Positions 36,363-50,483 of a stretch of 64,000 bases of DNA are shown one piece after another (positions within the stretch are counted from its first letter, which is position 1; each line of letters opens with the position of its first letter). The notes under the pieces are model-generated. The model was not told the DNA's origin, did not search any database, and worked only from the letters and a program-made list of their open reading frames with translations. The position numbers and the translations under genes are program-made. This DNA is from Basidiobolus meristosporus CBS 931.73 (taxonomy: Eukaryota; Fungi; Basidiobolomycota). The stretch lies in contig MCFE01000259.1 in NCBI GenBank assembly GCA_002104905.1, forward strand, positions 1-64,000, in the 5' to 3' direction.

Positions 36363-37355
36363 ATGCCCATATTGGAAGCATTGCGATTCGCCATCGGCGA
36401 GCTACCAGCGTTAGTTAGAGACCGTTGGATACACGTAGACTATGCGCCAAGTGAGCGTTTAGATTCCAAGGTGGTCATCGTGACTGGGTCTAATTGTGGT
36501 GTCGGGTACGAAACAGCCAAATGCTTTTACCGCCTAGGTGCTAGAGTGATTCTTGCTTGCAGGTCGCGTGAGAGAGGAGAGAAGGCTGTACAAGATATCC
36601 TTCGAGAGTGTAAAGACTCTGAAAGGTCTGTCTCCATGAAGCCCCAGGTCCCCGAAGGCCCGGTAGGAACGGTGGAGTTTATGGAGTTGGACCTGGCTTC
36701 GTTCCAGAGTGTCCGGCAGTTTGCGCACAACTTTTTGGCGTTAAATATTCCCCTTCATATACTGGTCAATAACGCTGGCTTAAGCGGTGTTCCCGGGAAA
36801 ACGGTGGACAACTTTGAGATCACCGTTGGGGTGAACCATTTGGGTCATTATCTTCTGACCCGACTTTTGCTGAAAAAGCTTGACGAGTCCGCACCAGCGC
36901 GTATAGTTAATGTCGCTAGTGAGGGGCACTACTATCCTGCAGCCATCGACCTGGACAGTTTCCAGAAGGAATACAAAGGCCTCGATCTGATTTCCTGTTA
37001 TTGTCAATCCAAATTAGCCAACGTCTTGTTCACCCGAGAGCTGGCCAAACGACTTGAAGGCCATCAGATCAATGTGTATGCCCCACACCCAGGTGGTGTA
37101 GCCTCTGAGATTTACAGAGAATACCCAGACTTTGCAGTGGGCATACTAAAGAAATTCATGCTTGACAATCAGCAAGGCGCTTCCTGCTCTCTTTTCTGCG
37201 CCACCGCCAAGGAGACCGCGAACGATACTGGGAAATATTACGAGTTCTGTAAACTCAAGGAGCCCAGCTCCGCTGCACAGGATGATGATGCAGCGTCGAG
37301 GCTTTGGGATAAAAGCGCCGAGTGGACTGGGGTCAGCACTGAACTATGGGCCTGA
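36363..37355 (+). CDS. Short-chain dehydrogenase/reductase, retinol dehydrogenase (RDH11-14/WWOX-like), intronless, 330 aa
   Basis: VIVTGSNCGVG, LDLASFQSV, LVNNAG, VNHLGHYLLT, IVNVAS, YCQSK catalytic motif. Confidence 0.92.
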   Translation: MPILEALRFAIGELPALVRDRWIHVDYAPSERLDSKVVIVTGSNCGVGYETAKCFYRLGARVILACRSRERGEKAVQDILRECKDSERSVSMKPQVPEGPVGTVEFMELDLASFQSVRQFAHNFLALNIPLHILVNNAGLSGVPGKTVDNFEITVGVNHLGHYLLTRLLLKKLDESAPARIVNVASEGHYYPAAIDLDSFQKEYKGLDLISCYCQSKLANVLFTRELAKRLEGHQINVYAPHPGGVASEIYREYPDFAVGILKKFMLDNQQGASCSLFCATAKETANDTGKYYEFCKLKEPSSAAQDDDAASRLWDKSAEWTGVSTELWA

Positions 37356-38674
37356 TTGGGGTCGCAGGCGAATGAGGTATTGATATCAGATTCTGCAGAT
37401 CGATGTGCACTCCATGCCAATTTACCAATAAAGCAGACCATTTGACACTGACAGAACCTGTTGCTTGGGATGCTGATCGCTGGCTTACCACTGTGCGCAG
37501 ATTGTAGGGATGCAGATCAGAGGTTGAGTTACATATTTTCGAGGCATTTAGGCCGAAAAGATACGTTGCTTTCGGTGCCATCTAGATGACCTCCATCGCC
37601 GAATTTCTTGCGATCTGGACTTACAGGACAAATCGGCAAGCAGATATGTGCTTACCCTCAACAACCTCCAATTCTGCCCAAATTCAGGATAACGCGATAT
37701 TCCACTATACATCTAGGCGCCAGCCTATATGCGAAGTTACGTAAGGTCTGATTGGGTGCATATCGGTGGGACATTTAAGCTTTGTCTGGCTCTGCTGGAG
37801 AGATACCGATCTGCATCCGCTCAAGCCCACCAATGATGATCTCGTAAGTAGCCCGCCGTGCGTCGAGAGAGCGGTTTGTAAGGCCCTGACTGCGGTGAAC
37901 GCACTCCAAACGCCCAGGGATCCCAGCCTTCGCAACCTTGATAAGATTGAGCGCGTGGTTGAGATGAAGTGCTGATTGCGTTTGCACGAATTCAAACTCA
38001 GAAAATTCATTTATCCCGACTGATCACAGATTACCCCTTTCGCACATTTGAGGCTAAGCTTGCATGGCGATGCCGTGAATGACAAAGAAGCTTAATTTAC
38101 CTTTTTCGATAACACTACGCCTGGGGGGAGCAACGACGTCATCCTGGGCTTACGGTGCTCTGGTTGAGGTAGCACCAGATAGATTAATTTCCGCGCAGGC
38201 GAAGGTTCTTTTTGGTTTCCAAGTTTTCTCTGCCACTGATAGGGCAAATACCTGATCGGCAGACGTCTTGGTATGCCGCGCTATTTTTAAATGCCAATGG
38301 ACGTGAGCTGTTCTCGGTGTGACTTCCATCACCGAAAGGGCTACTTCCTAGCTTAATGCGTTCGCTTAGTTGGCGGAATAAGATGTCCCTCCGGAACTCA
38401 GTCCCTCGAAATACCTTGGCCCCAATCAAGTCGGGAATCACGTGGGGTGCTGGTGAATGAAGTTTCCGAGCGAGTTCGGGCTGTTGAAATGTAGCGAAAA
38501 TCTATTTTTATGGTCGCTTTGGGATTCCTTTTTCAAGCGATGGCTCCTCCATTAGGCATCACGCTAATCACCTCATGAAACTCTAAACGCCACTCCTACA
38601 TATATAAAGAGAATCGCGAACGTGGCATTCCCTTCAACCATTAATACCCGCCTCTGCTTAAACAATAGTTTGCC

Positions 38675-39733
38675 ATGGCTCGCTCCTTGATCAAATATTC
38701 CCTTCTAACTGTCGCAGCTGTGGGCTACGTAGCTGCCCAGGATTCCGGCGAAGGGTTCGTCTTCAAATGCGACAAACCCGGCCATTTCGCCTTGACGTTT
38801 GATGATGGTATGTAACGAACCCTCGATCCCAGCCCGTTCCGATGATTAACGTTCCTCATTCCACTAGGACCAAGTGAATATACCGGCACTCTCCTGAATA
38901 CCTTGAAGGAAAACAATATTAAGGCGACCTTCTTCTCCGTGGGCACCCAGGCTGCAAACAAAGACATCTCCAAGTATCTCAAGCAAGCCTACGATGAAGG
39001 CCACCAGATCGCTTCCCACACAAACACCCATGCCGATCTCAATAAGCTCAGTGTCGAGCAGATCAGGAAGGAGATGAAGGCAACTGAGGACGCCATCAAG
39101 AACGCCACTGGCGTTATTCCAGCCATGATGCGTCCCCCATATGGCAACTGCAATGCACAGTGCCGTGGTGTGATGAAGGAGATGGGCTATACTGTTGTAC
39201 AGTGGAGTGTCGATTCCAACGATTGGAAATACATGGGTCAGCCGGATAAATGGGATACCTTAATTAGCAACATTGGGAACGTGGTTACTGCTTCAGATTC
39301 TCAAAAAGATTCGTTCATTTCGTTGCAGCATGACATCCACAAGTTCAGTGTTGACAGAACCCCGAAGGTGATTGAAATCATCAAAAAGAAGGGGTATACT
39401 TTCGTCACGGTCTCCGAATGTCTGAGCAACCGCATCCCGATGTATCAGAATCTGCCCAACCCCAGTGGGACCGGCACTTCGTCTATTTCCACGCCTACCG
39501 CCACCCCTTCCGGCAATGTTACTTCCACGACCACTTCCGGTGCCACTAGTCCATCAAGTTCGGGCTCCAGCATACCCACGACATCAGTGAAATCAGAAAG
39601 TCGATCACCCAGCCCCACCTCGCAAAAGCCAACAGAGAGCGCAAAGGTGCTCGGAAATTCTGCCTATACCTCCGCCCCTACTTTGTTCGTGTGGTTCGCG
39701 GCCCTTTACTTCGGATACTATAACCAAGCGTAA
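38675..39733 (+). CDS. Chitin/polysaccharide deacetylase (CE4, NodB), secreted, probably GPI-anchored; 2 exons
   Basis: Signal peptide; exon 1 38675-38807, exon 2 38868-39733. TFDDGP, HTNTH, MRPPYG, DSNDW, LQHD; S/T-rich linker and hydrophobic C-terminus. Confidence 0.92.
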
Positions 39734-40528
39734 ATACCCTCGACGGCGGCCATCATTTCTCCACGGCTCTCCACATCTCGCCTTGTGCCTCAACAGGCAG
39801 AGGTTGAAGAGAGTCGAAATAGCGCTTACCGGTCTTGTCGCAACTGAATCAAAATACCTGCGGTGAATTTCAGACGAGCTCAATCCCTGGATTATTGCTG
39901 AGCTCAGTAAGATAGTAGTAAAAATAACCTAACAAGATACCAATAAACATATCGAGTTAAAGTGTAAATGCCTTTCGTATGTTCCTCCATGCTGTCTCTG
40001 GACCGATTCCCAAGTATGCAGGTGGAAGCGAGATATGGGCCAACAGCGGTCGTAATAAATGACGGTGTACACATTAGTTGCTGCGTTCATGCAATGGACC
40101 GATCTCAGACGTTCATGCTGACAACTTGTCCCCGATCTGGGGAATCTCGATCGTTGCAACCTAGCTTTGATAGGGATGTGCTTGCCCCTGCTGTATTGAC
40201 TGACCAGCCCTTGTGTCCCGGAGGAAAATTATTAAAGCAGGCTGCTCTGGTACAGGAGCAACAGCTGTCTCACTGCGGAATCTTCCTTTTGGATCGGGTC
40301 AAATTGCACGGCCTCGCATCGTGAACCGATGAGAGAGCTGCTGATTTCAGTAGGTGTCTAGCTAACATGGATGATTGGGCGATCGATACATTACCATGAT
40401 AAGTCCGATGGCCGAGCCACATCACCCAAATCATTGATGACTTTCAGATGGCCATATGCCACCTCGCAAACCTCCTCTCTTTTAAATAGACGAACCCATA
40501 GAGGAAGAGGGTTATATTATCTACACTC

Positions 40529-41943
40529 ATGACAATCTACAGAGTCCTAGTCTGGTCAGCCTACGGGTTTTGGAACTACACTAAAGCAGGGTTTGAGCGT
40601 CGGGCCAAGTCCTTCAACCCCGAGGCGACCGAGAAAAGCTTGTTTGGCAAGGTTGCCATAGTTAGTGGTAAGTGGAAATCAGCACATGCTCCAGAAAAAA
40701 GCCACTGAAGAAGCTCGATTTTTAGGCGCGAATAGTGGCTTGGGGAAGTTAACGGCGCGAGAACTGTGGAAGAAAGGTGAGCAGCTGCTGGTTCCATCGG
40801 AAACTGGAGATATCTAACCCAGCCGGTTCTCTAGGTGCTATAGTGCATATGCTTTGCCGCAGCCCAGAACGAGGAGAAGAGGCCCGGAAAGAGATACTTT
40901 CGTCCGTGGAGTTGAGCGCTGAGCAAAAGCATTCGGCAGAGGAGCGATTAAAGCTACACGAAGTGGATATCAGCGATCCTAGAAGTATTCAAACGTTTGT
41001 TCGAAACTGGGAAGCCCAAGGTGATCCCAGCTGCCATATATTAGTATGTGATTAATGCCCTCACGACCATGGTGACAGATATTTGACCTTGTATATCCGA
41101 TGACAGATCAACAATGCTGGATGTATGGTAAACGAGCGGAAAACCACGGCTGATGGCGTTGAGCTGAATTTCGCCACTAACACCCTGGGGACCTATTACC
41201 TCACTAAGCTGATGATTCCCCTGCTACAAAAATCCGAATCCCCGAGAGTGGTAAGTAATTTCCAGAAGCATCCACACGTTCATAGTTGCTCATGGGCTCC
41301 AAGGTGACCGTCTCCTCAGGGGGAATGTATTCAGCTAAGCTGGACGCCGATGATCCAGAATGCAGGAAAGTAAAGAAATTCGATGGGACTGCTATCTATG
41401 CTCAGAACAAAGTATGAAGGCCAATTGCACAGCTCTAGATACGGAGTACTGACAAATCCTACCTTCCACAGCGACAACAAGTCGAGTTAAATGAGCGCTG
41501 GGCTTCAGATTTTGGCTCGAGTGGGGTGCTGTTCTATTCCATGCACCCTGGCTGGTCCGACACACCAGGAGGTAGATCGAGTCTATAGATACTGGCCATA
41601 GTTCGAATTTCTAATATTCTCCAAACAGTGAGTACATCAATGGAGAGCTTTTACAAGAGCATGAAAAGCAGGCTCCGAACCCCCGAGCAGGGTGCTGATA
41701 CAATCATTTGGGCAGCAGTATCGGATGAAGTATTGAAATATCCAAACGGCTCTTTCTTGGAAGGTTTGGCTTTCTAATGGATGCTTCCAATAGACATCAT
41801 GCTAATCGGATTTTTTAGATCGACGAGCGGTGAGCACACATCTTGCTCTAGCGCAAACCCGCTCTACCAAGGCAGAGCAGGACAGGTTAATTCAATATAT
41901 TGAGAACTTACTTACCAAAATCGTTGGCGAGTCTTCAAAGTAA
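40529..41943 (+). CDS. DHRS12-like SDR, multi-exon
   Basis: GFWNYTKAGFERRAKSF, IVSG/ANSGLG, NNAG, TNTLGTY, VSSGGMY, YAQNK/RQQV, SMHPGWSDTP, RLRTPEQGADT, assembled across GT-AG introns. Confidence 0.88.
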
Positions 41944-42071
41944 TGATGCTCATCTTCTGTAAAACATGAATGGTGATGCGTTTATTTTTCTTCAATAAAC
42001 ATAACCGCACAGATAAGAATATGCGATCGTTGAAAATGGGGACAAAAGTACCTAATGTGCAATGCAGTATG

Positions 42072-45000
42072 TTATGAAGGTATTACTTTAGATCGGAGAA
42101 CATATATTTGATCTCCTGGCTGAAGTAGCACTGACGGAACGGGATTTGTGAAAACAAAAGGCAGCTGATTACCAAACTTCGGATTAGGGGCCCTTAGTAT
42201 TCCAACAGGGATAACGCCATTGCGAAAGGCCAGCTCTTGATAAAGATCCAACCAGCTCTTATCCTATATAATTATTCAATGTCAGTAAATGCTATCAGGG
42301 TGCATCATATTACTCTTCTCGAGGACTTACTATAAATCCTTCTGGCAGAGGATCCAAACAGAAATAACACGAGCTTATTCCAATTAGACGCATATCATCA
42401 AAATCATGCTTGTATCGGATTCCAAGAAATTGCCTAATCAGCGATAGAATAGCTTCGTTGTAGTACGCCTAGAAAGCGAACCGTTCAGCCTTCAGAATTG
42501 TTATTGCCAATATAAGGAAGCCAGAAAACATACGTGGAATATAATGCTGTCTAGTAAACTGAAAATAAGCGTTCTTCCTCCAGCATATATTGGCATATGC
42601 GCTAATCCTAATTCGTCGCTCACATCCGAAGTGGAGCTGGCAATTTGAATTAAACGAACATTTCGTTCTTCCACTGAGTTCATGAGTTAGCATCATATGC
42701 ATCAATCAGTGATTAATAATAACTAGTTACCAATCCCAGAGAAAACGAACTTTCTTGAGAGATCCCCACAAATGGCTTGGATTAATTGCGAGGTGATGCT
42801 GATAGTCGAGAGATTAGACAGATATTTGCTATTGAACTATAGGTTATAAATGAAATCCTCACATCGTGGAGCTGTCAATGTATTCTTCTGTGTTTGAGGT
42901 GGGGTCTCCTTTCAAAATCAGTATCTTCTCTGCACCCACGACTCCTGCTCTTACTAAGTCTTTGTGTTGTCGGGAGCTTCCCTGCTCAACGTTATATGAC
43001 TTATCCCAACATAATACTCGGTGGAAAGGGCATACCTGAATGAAATGTATATCGGGAAAGGAGCGCAAAGAATTAAATTCATCGGCTGACAGCTCTTTTG
43101 AGCGAAGTACGACAATATCCCGATATTCCTCAGATGTAATGTGTGCGCTCCTATGTATTGGTCATACAAGTTAGCTTAATAATGTAATAACGACTCCAAG
43201 GCATTATACCTGAGCGTGCTAATTAGATTGAATATGTTCATATTTCCGGCACATATCAAAATATGCCCTTTCTTATTTTCAAAATCCGCACCAATTATTT
43301 CTGAGCATGACTTGCGCTCCTTCTTCACTACATGGCATAGAGGCGTTTTAGCGTGGAGGTACGGCGGATATGGCACACCGACACAAATATCATCGCGGAT
43401 TTCTGGATATTTCGGGTTGTTGTAAGAGTGTTGAACACGCTGGTTTTTCGCATTCAAAAGGTCGAATTCAGCAGACGTATATTTAGCTTTAAAACGATCC
43501 ATTGATTTGTTGAATTGGTCACTTGTCTAATAATTGAACATCTTAGAGAATATTCCTGAAAAAATGAAATTTCTTACTAACCAAGTTCGCCACTGCTTCC
43601 ATTTCCTGTGGCCCTTGACAGATATAGAAGCATTGATCATTTTCCTTAAGGCAGTATTCCATGCCAGGATTCAGCACAATGCGAGAAGTGTTCTTCTGGG
43701 GTATGTGGATTTTGACAGCGAACAGAGATATTTGAAACTCACTATATATAAACTGGAAAGCAATTTAGCCCTGTAGGCCATTCTACAGCCATATATTCCA
43801 CAAACATACCCAAGAAACAATAGCGAACGGCCGGCCAATGAATATTGGATTTACTTTTGCTGTATATATTTCGTTCCCTCGTCCATCATCTAAGCCTGGT
43901 TAACAGCGTTCTTATATAAGTAAATAGCATTGATAGACTTACCATACTGAGCTTCCCAAGGAAGGGAGTATGCATTGATTGGCTGGGTGTGCTGAAGTAA
44001 ATTAGTAATGAAAGTGGCTGCACCAGGATATATGCACCCGTATGCTAGGAGTGACTGCTGAGTTTCAAGAGAAGAAATGGTTTCCTTGACTGCACGCTGA
44101 AATATCCTTGTTGATGGATATATGTTGTAGGTGTATATGGGAACGTCAGGGGAATATAGATGTATGGACCAAGTACGCAATGAGTTATTTTCATCCTCAA
44201 TGACGGGATTGGAGGCGCGCTGATCTGTTTGAGGACAAGAAATGGATAGGTTAGCGTACTTAAGAGATGACGATCTCATAGTTATGTATTACCAGAGAGC
44301 ATAAACACAGCTTCAGCGCTCCGTATCGCAGCCCTTTTTAAAGCCTCTTCATTCTGTTGCAATGGGTAATTTAGTTGAAATATACATTTACCTATTTGAA
44401 TGGACACGCATTACCATAGGGGATCCCATTAGATACGCAACACGATCTTTGAACGACGGGGTGTTGAGGAGTGCCTTTACTTCACGAGTGAGAGACCCCT
44501 TTCCTAAGAGTACTAGTCTCAGGTTTTGTTGAGACGATTCCTATCCGAAAAGCAGTAAGTACATTGATAAGTGCTATGCAACCATCTAACTTTACCTTAT
44601 GGAAAAACACATTCAATATATCCAAGACTCGCGCTGTATTATCAAACTTTCCACAAATCACAATTAATTTGTCTCGTCTACGAGGGTGATAGGTTCCCCC
44701 ACCCGCTGGAATATGTCAATGGCATTGTAAGAAATATGATGCGGGTCGTCTGGGAATGCTTCATTTACCTTGCTTCTCAAAAAACGTCTCGAGAGTTTCA
44801 GATATTAGGCTTGGTAGGATGATCAGCACCAGGATGATTATAATGACCACCACCACTTTGCCCTCGGTGGATTCCGGGTATATATCCCCATACCCAACCG
44901 TCGAGATGGTGATGAAAACAAAATAGCTACATAATGTCAATAAGTTTGGGATGCTTTGCGGTCGACATACAACAATAAGATAATTACATGCATTCTAGGA

Positions 45001-46432
45001 TAGTATAATTGTTATCGCCAAACATCATCTCGCAATACTGAAATGCAGCCATCCCGTTGAAGATAATAACTATGATACTGGAGCTTAGAACGCTAAGCTT
45101 GATTAACAAAGGGTCGTGGGCTCGATCTAACAGATATATTGGTTTATAAAGGCTACTGCAGTGTTGCTGAGATCAAAAACCAACCAACCATTCTGTGTTA
45201 AATCATTCCGGAGGTGAAGAACTCTGCGCACTTGCCAAACCACTATGATGCTCCGGAAAAAATACGGAACTATAGCAAGCCCTGGTCAGCGACACAATCG
45301 ACATCAAAGATGGCAAGAGGCTTACCATATAGATATTGTCCATCTGCTATGAAAGTTGAAACTACCAGTGGAACGAGGGTGATTAGGTCAATGAGTGTAT
45401 GCATGCTAAGTATATGCTTGTACCTAAAACATCAAGACACTATCAGTTAATCAACTTGCAATGCTCGATCTGGATGCTCAGAAATTTAACTACCACGCGT
45501 CATTCAAGCATATACCTAAGATGAGTTGTGAGTGTTTGATGATGGTTGCTTAGGCAGGTGAAATATATACCAAGAATTCGTGAGGCAAGTCTCTCCCAAC
45601 TCATGCCGATTAAAAGATCATGAACCACTGTAGAACGAGCTACCCACAACCATTTTGGAGAGAAGGAATCAAGAGGGTGTGATGTATTGATTTGTATGAG
45701 ATAGAAAACGCAAAACGCGATGTCCACGACGAGGTCCAGAAGGATCTATGCGGTACTTTGGTCAGATTCCATGTATCATACATCGCACTTTGTCACTTAC
45801 TATGAAAACCTTTCGGTGGGTGTTTCTAAAGGTTCTGTGGATCCGACTTCGAGCTTCTGGAAAGTTTAATGCTAGTCTAATATAATCTTTCCAGCCTCTA
45901 TTGTGCCGATTCCCTCTGAATTTAGAGCAATATGAGTCTTCAGGCTCAAGAGAAACGAGGGTTTACTGGAGTACCTTATGGTGGCACTGTTCCGGCGGTA
46001 AGAATCGCGTATGCAGTCAAAGTCACAGGGTGCAGTCTTGTTTTTAATTAGACCACTAAAGTTTACTTTAATATGACGCTGCAAAGCTTGAATTTCGTTC
46101 GCACTAAAGTATCCAAAATAAGGTAAGCAACAAGAAAAGTATAAACTGTCCAAACCGCTGAAGGTCCACCTTTTGTCTAATCCCTCAAGGAAAATTTTCG
46201 AACTACCTTCATCTTTGCTAAGGAAGTCCTCTGAAGGCTCAACAGCAGTAATAGCATCAGTTTCAGGCTTGTAAAGGTCAAGCTGATTTGTGGGAGGACA
46301 TGGTGCTTCCTGAATAGAATTTGTTGCATGAGAGTTCTCCGCCTCTTCGCTGCGCTCGATCATATGATAGTAACCAGAGCGTGGCGAGATGGTCCCAGAG
46401 GGTTGCATGGCTTGTCCTTTGCTCATGTACAC
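42072..46432 (-). CDS. Slo/BK-type (RCK-domain) potassium channel, many exons
   Basis: Pore signature TISTVGYGDIYP at ~44884-44910; TM segments, YVPYFFRS; RCK-like pieces GCIYPGAATFITNL, GHILICAG, PIYAGG..SLLDS, FVFTNPVPSVLLQPGDQIYVL. Full exon structure and start not resolved. Confidence 0.85.
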
Positions 46433-47289
46433 TATGTCATGTAGGGTTTTCTTACACGTAGACGCTCCCCTTCTTATTATATAATGTGTGTGGGATTTCT
46501 CAGGTGTATCTAGAGTAGATAAACTCTTATGACCTCAGTAGTCTACTTTTGCCACTTTGCCTAATCCGATTTCATTTGTAACATGACACTCTATCCTAAA
46601 AAGTAATCGCAGCCATGTCCGTAACAAGATATTTTCGCACATGAGGACATCATTTCATCATTCTTTACAATGCTCATAATTCAATAGACCTGCTGGACAC
46701 ACACTGGCACGAAAATGATGGTCGAACTGTAGGATGGATGTCATCTTAGATCTATCACTAGGTCGCAAGCAATCTATATCACAGTAGGTCAATCATTCAC
46801 CAGAAACCATTAGTTTGAAGATAGATCGATTTAGGTTTCATCCTGTTGTGTAGATCCGCGCCCAACAATTTATACCATAGTGCGCATGGATTTCGTGGAG
46901 TAGAATCATCAGGGACAATTTACTGAAATCTGACCGATCGATAGGCTTGCATATACCATGTGATGTTTTCTTAATTCGTCAAATTTGTGAGCCGAGTGAC
47001 TCATCATTCAGCCCGCAAAGTATGTATTTACATAAGGAGAGAAAGGAGAGAGCATAGAGCAACATTATACATGATTCATCAGCATTTTGGTTACCGCAAT
47101 GATTGTAGAACAGCCTTCTCCAATACCCCGGATTGAACCCCGTGACCATTGCTGACCAAAATAAGGGGTTATGCCTTTGCAATAAAACAGGCCAATGCAT
47201 TTGATATATAGTGTCAAGTGATGGTTTAACAACCAATCTAATACACCATCAAGTTGGTGGTTAGTGGTTACTACCTCCTTTCTCAAATA

Positions 47290-49612
47290 ATGCCAAAATC
47301 AAATACTCAGGGAGAGTTAAATTCAAGAAGTGTAGCCTCAAAGTGGAATACTAGGTATTCTTCAAGCGGCCGTCAAAGTAGAAAGGAAGAATTCGTAAAA
47401 CGAAGAAAGAACTCGGTATCTGTAACGGATATCCCCCAAAATAAGCTAGATAGACGACTTGGACACAGAAACAATTTCAACGAAAAGTCTCGCGGACAAT
47501 TTGGTACGAGGCGCTTTAACAGCCTTTCCAAAGAGGAGAGATTTGATTCAAATGAGAAATCAAACCTTGCATCACAACAACACAAGACCATAGGAACAAA
47601 CTGTCGTTCTCGAGCCTCATACAACGTAAGGCGTCACAGATTTAGAAGTAGTACCCCACCATACGGGCCTAGTGTAAATACAGAACGCTCTTCCCCCTCT
47701 ACTACTGTCTCTTATGGAGAATGCGAACACAACAGTAAAAAGCGCAAGCGTACGGAGACGCCAGTGAAGAAGCCTGTTGTTGGGCATGTCCTTCCGCCTT
47801 GGTTGAAGACTGAAAGCACCTTGAGCGGAGACAATTATGAAATGTACCTTCATTCGGCACTAATTACAACATACAGTTCCCTAACAGCTTAGCTTTATAG
47901 GCTTCATCAAGAAATCCAACATTTCGTGGAGTACATATCACCTTCCCCAGAGGAGCATGAAATGAGATTCATGGTTTACAAAAGTATTGAGCAGGTAGTT
48001 CAATCTCTCTGGCCAGAAGCGAAAGTTCGTCTATTTGGGAGCTATGATACTCAACTTTACCTTCCTACGAGGTTAGTGCACCAGAAATCCCAATTACTAA
48101 TCGTTCAAAATAATCATTCCATACTGCAGCGATATAGACGTAGTAATATTTTTGCCAGATTTGGTATCCAACAACAAGCGGTATCTTTATTTGCTAGCAC
48201 AAACACTGGAAACATCTGGAGTGGCAACTAAAATCCGTGTTGTGGCTAAAGCTCGCGTAAGACTGCACTCAACAATATAAGGTGTCAAGAGTTCGGGACA
48301 ATTAACTTTACTTGTAGGTCCCAATTATCAAACTCCAAGAAGCAGTTTCCAGATATCAAGTAGATATCAGCTTCAATGTTGAAAATGGGGTTCAAAGTGT
48401 TCCAATCATAAAAGAAATGGTTCTAAAGAGCCCGGCCGTAAGGCCTTTGGTGCTTCTATTAAAACAATTTCTGCTGCTACGTGGTCTGAATGAAGTGTAC
48501 AACGGCGGATTGGGTTCCTATTCCATTTTGCTGATAGTTGTGAATTTTCTTCAAGTGAGCTTCCATTTAGCACTAGTAGGCGGATAATCACTGATGAGGC
48601 CTTGTATATTCCAGCTACACCCCAAATTATCCACTGGACAGGTTGATCCTGAAAAAGACCTTGGGCGGCTACTTGTTGATCTGTTTTTTCTCTACGGGAA
48701 AAAGTTCAACTACATGCAAGACGGGATATGCGTTGAAGGCGAAGGCTCATATTTCAACAAAGTAAGAATCTCTGATGTCTAACCCCTCTCAACAAGTAGA
48801 ATTATTCTGAACAGATAGACAAATAGGCAGAGAAAGGTTGGTCCAACTCAAAGGATCCTGGGTTGCTTTCCATTCAAGACCCTCAAGATCCGAATAACGA
48901 TGTCTCTAAAGGATCCTTCGAAATCATGCGTGTCAAGCAAGCTTTCTCGAGCGCCTATGACTCGCTTACTTCGCTCTTATCTAGCCAAACTGTATCGGAG
49001 CGTAGTCAGGATAATAACGAGAGAGGGAATGTACCTCGAAAACAAGCCTCCTCGATCCTCGATATAGTGATTGCCATCTCCCCTGGAGCAATCCAAAACC
49101 GATTCCATGTGGCGACGGAATATCAAAGACACACCCTTCAAAATAATCTCAAACTTCAATCTACTAAAGAACTACAAGTTGAGTTGGCCGAAGTGTTGCG
49201 AAAAGCGGGAATCAGCTCAACATCAATATCAGATAAACTTGGGCCGCTTCCGCCTCAATTCGACTCAATTACTCTAGGACTTCTGGACCAAAACGGCAGT
49301 CAATATGACGTTCATGAGCACGACTTTTATAACTTCTATGGACCTCCTCACCTATCAGTCCCACCATTTTATCAAGCCAATGTGTATCCTCAATCTATCC
49401 GGAATATGAACGTTCACGCCACAGGGATACCAAATGTTGGGATGAACATGGGCAGAGGATTCGGTATGGGCATGGGTATGCCAGAGTACCATCCGCATAG
49501 TGCATATTCCAACCATTTCCCACCGTTTGGTCATGGTGCTCCTTTTGGTAGAGCAGGCGGTTTAGGCGGTACGCCGCCGCCCCCCTGGGGATCTCATTTC
49601 CAATGGTGGTAG
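47290..49612 (+). CDS. Non-canonical poly(A) polymerase, Trf4/PAPD5-7 family, multi-exon
   Basis: LHQEIQHFVEYISPS, LFGSYDTQLYLPTS/DID, ARVPIIK, DISFN, RGLNEVYNGGLGSY, LSIQDPQDPNNDVSKGSF; basic N-terminal region. Confidence 0.9.
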
Positions 49613-50483
49613 AATAAGTATAAACAATAGATTATTGATGCACTCTTAAAGAACAAGATGACACATTCTATGTGTTATTCACCTTTAGTGCTTACTTTTC
49701 TGGTGATAATATTTCCACTTGTATGCTCAATATCTACCATGAATAAAAAACTCTTATGACTAAGATCCGATTAATAAGTGTTCGATGACTGCTTGAACCG
49801 AAGGAGCAAATACCTGCTTTCGAGAGCTCCCAAGCTATAAGAGTGGCGAGCTGATTAGTCTAACGCTCCATATATACTCGATTGGATTTTAAGCCGAGCA
49901 CAACACGAATTAGGGTATTATTCAAGGTATTCATAACAAATTGCCTCAGACGCATTCTATCAAACGCTGCCAAGAACTAATTTACTTTTATATGCATGCA
50001 TTTATAGGCGTGATGATATGATCACCACATGTGTAAGATCTTTATTGATGATAAATTCTGAAATGCCGTGTCCGTTGTTATTTGAGACTGGACTCTATCT
50101 ACAGAAACCATAGGCATTCGGAGGGATTCGAGTTTTCATGTACAGACTGCTCTCTTGTGAAAATGCTGTGCAATCACCAGAAACAAATGCCGGGAACGCT
50201 TTTCTGAATCTGTTATAATACGAAACGATGGATGCACTAGACTCCTGGTATTGGCATGACGATTTTAATGCTGACTATTGGCTGCGGCTACTTGAACCTG
50301 GAGTCGTAGTATTATTCGACTTGTGTAAGTGACATCATTACCTAGAATATCGTCTCAATATGGATAGTCCACCGTACTGTTGATTGGTTGCGGCTTTTGG
50401 GTGGTCACTTTATAAGATACTGGACTTGGCAGCAGGATACTTATTTTCTGTATCCTTCTTTAACTCTCCACAAGCCAACCAAC

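Noticed and set aside
37705-38010. Overlapping 69-101 aa ORFs on both strands
   Set aside because: No motif and no way to choose a frame.
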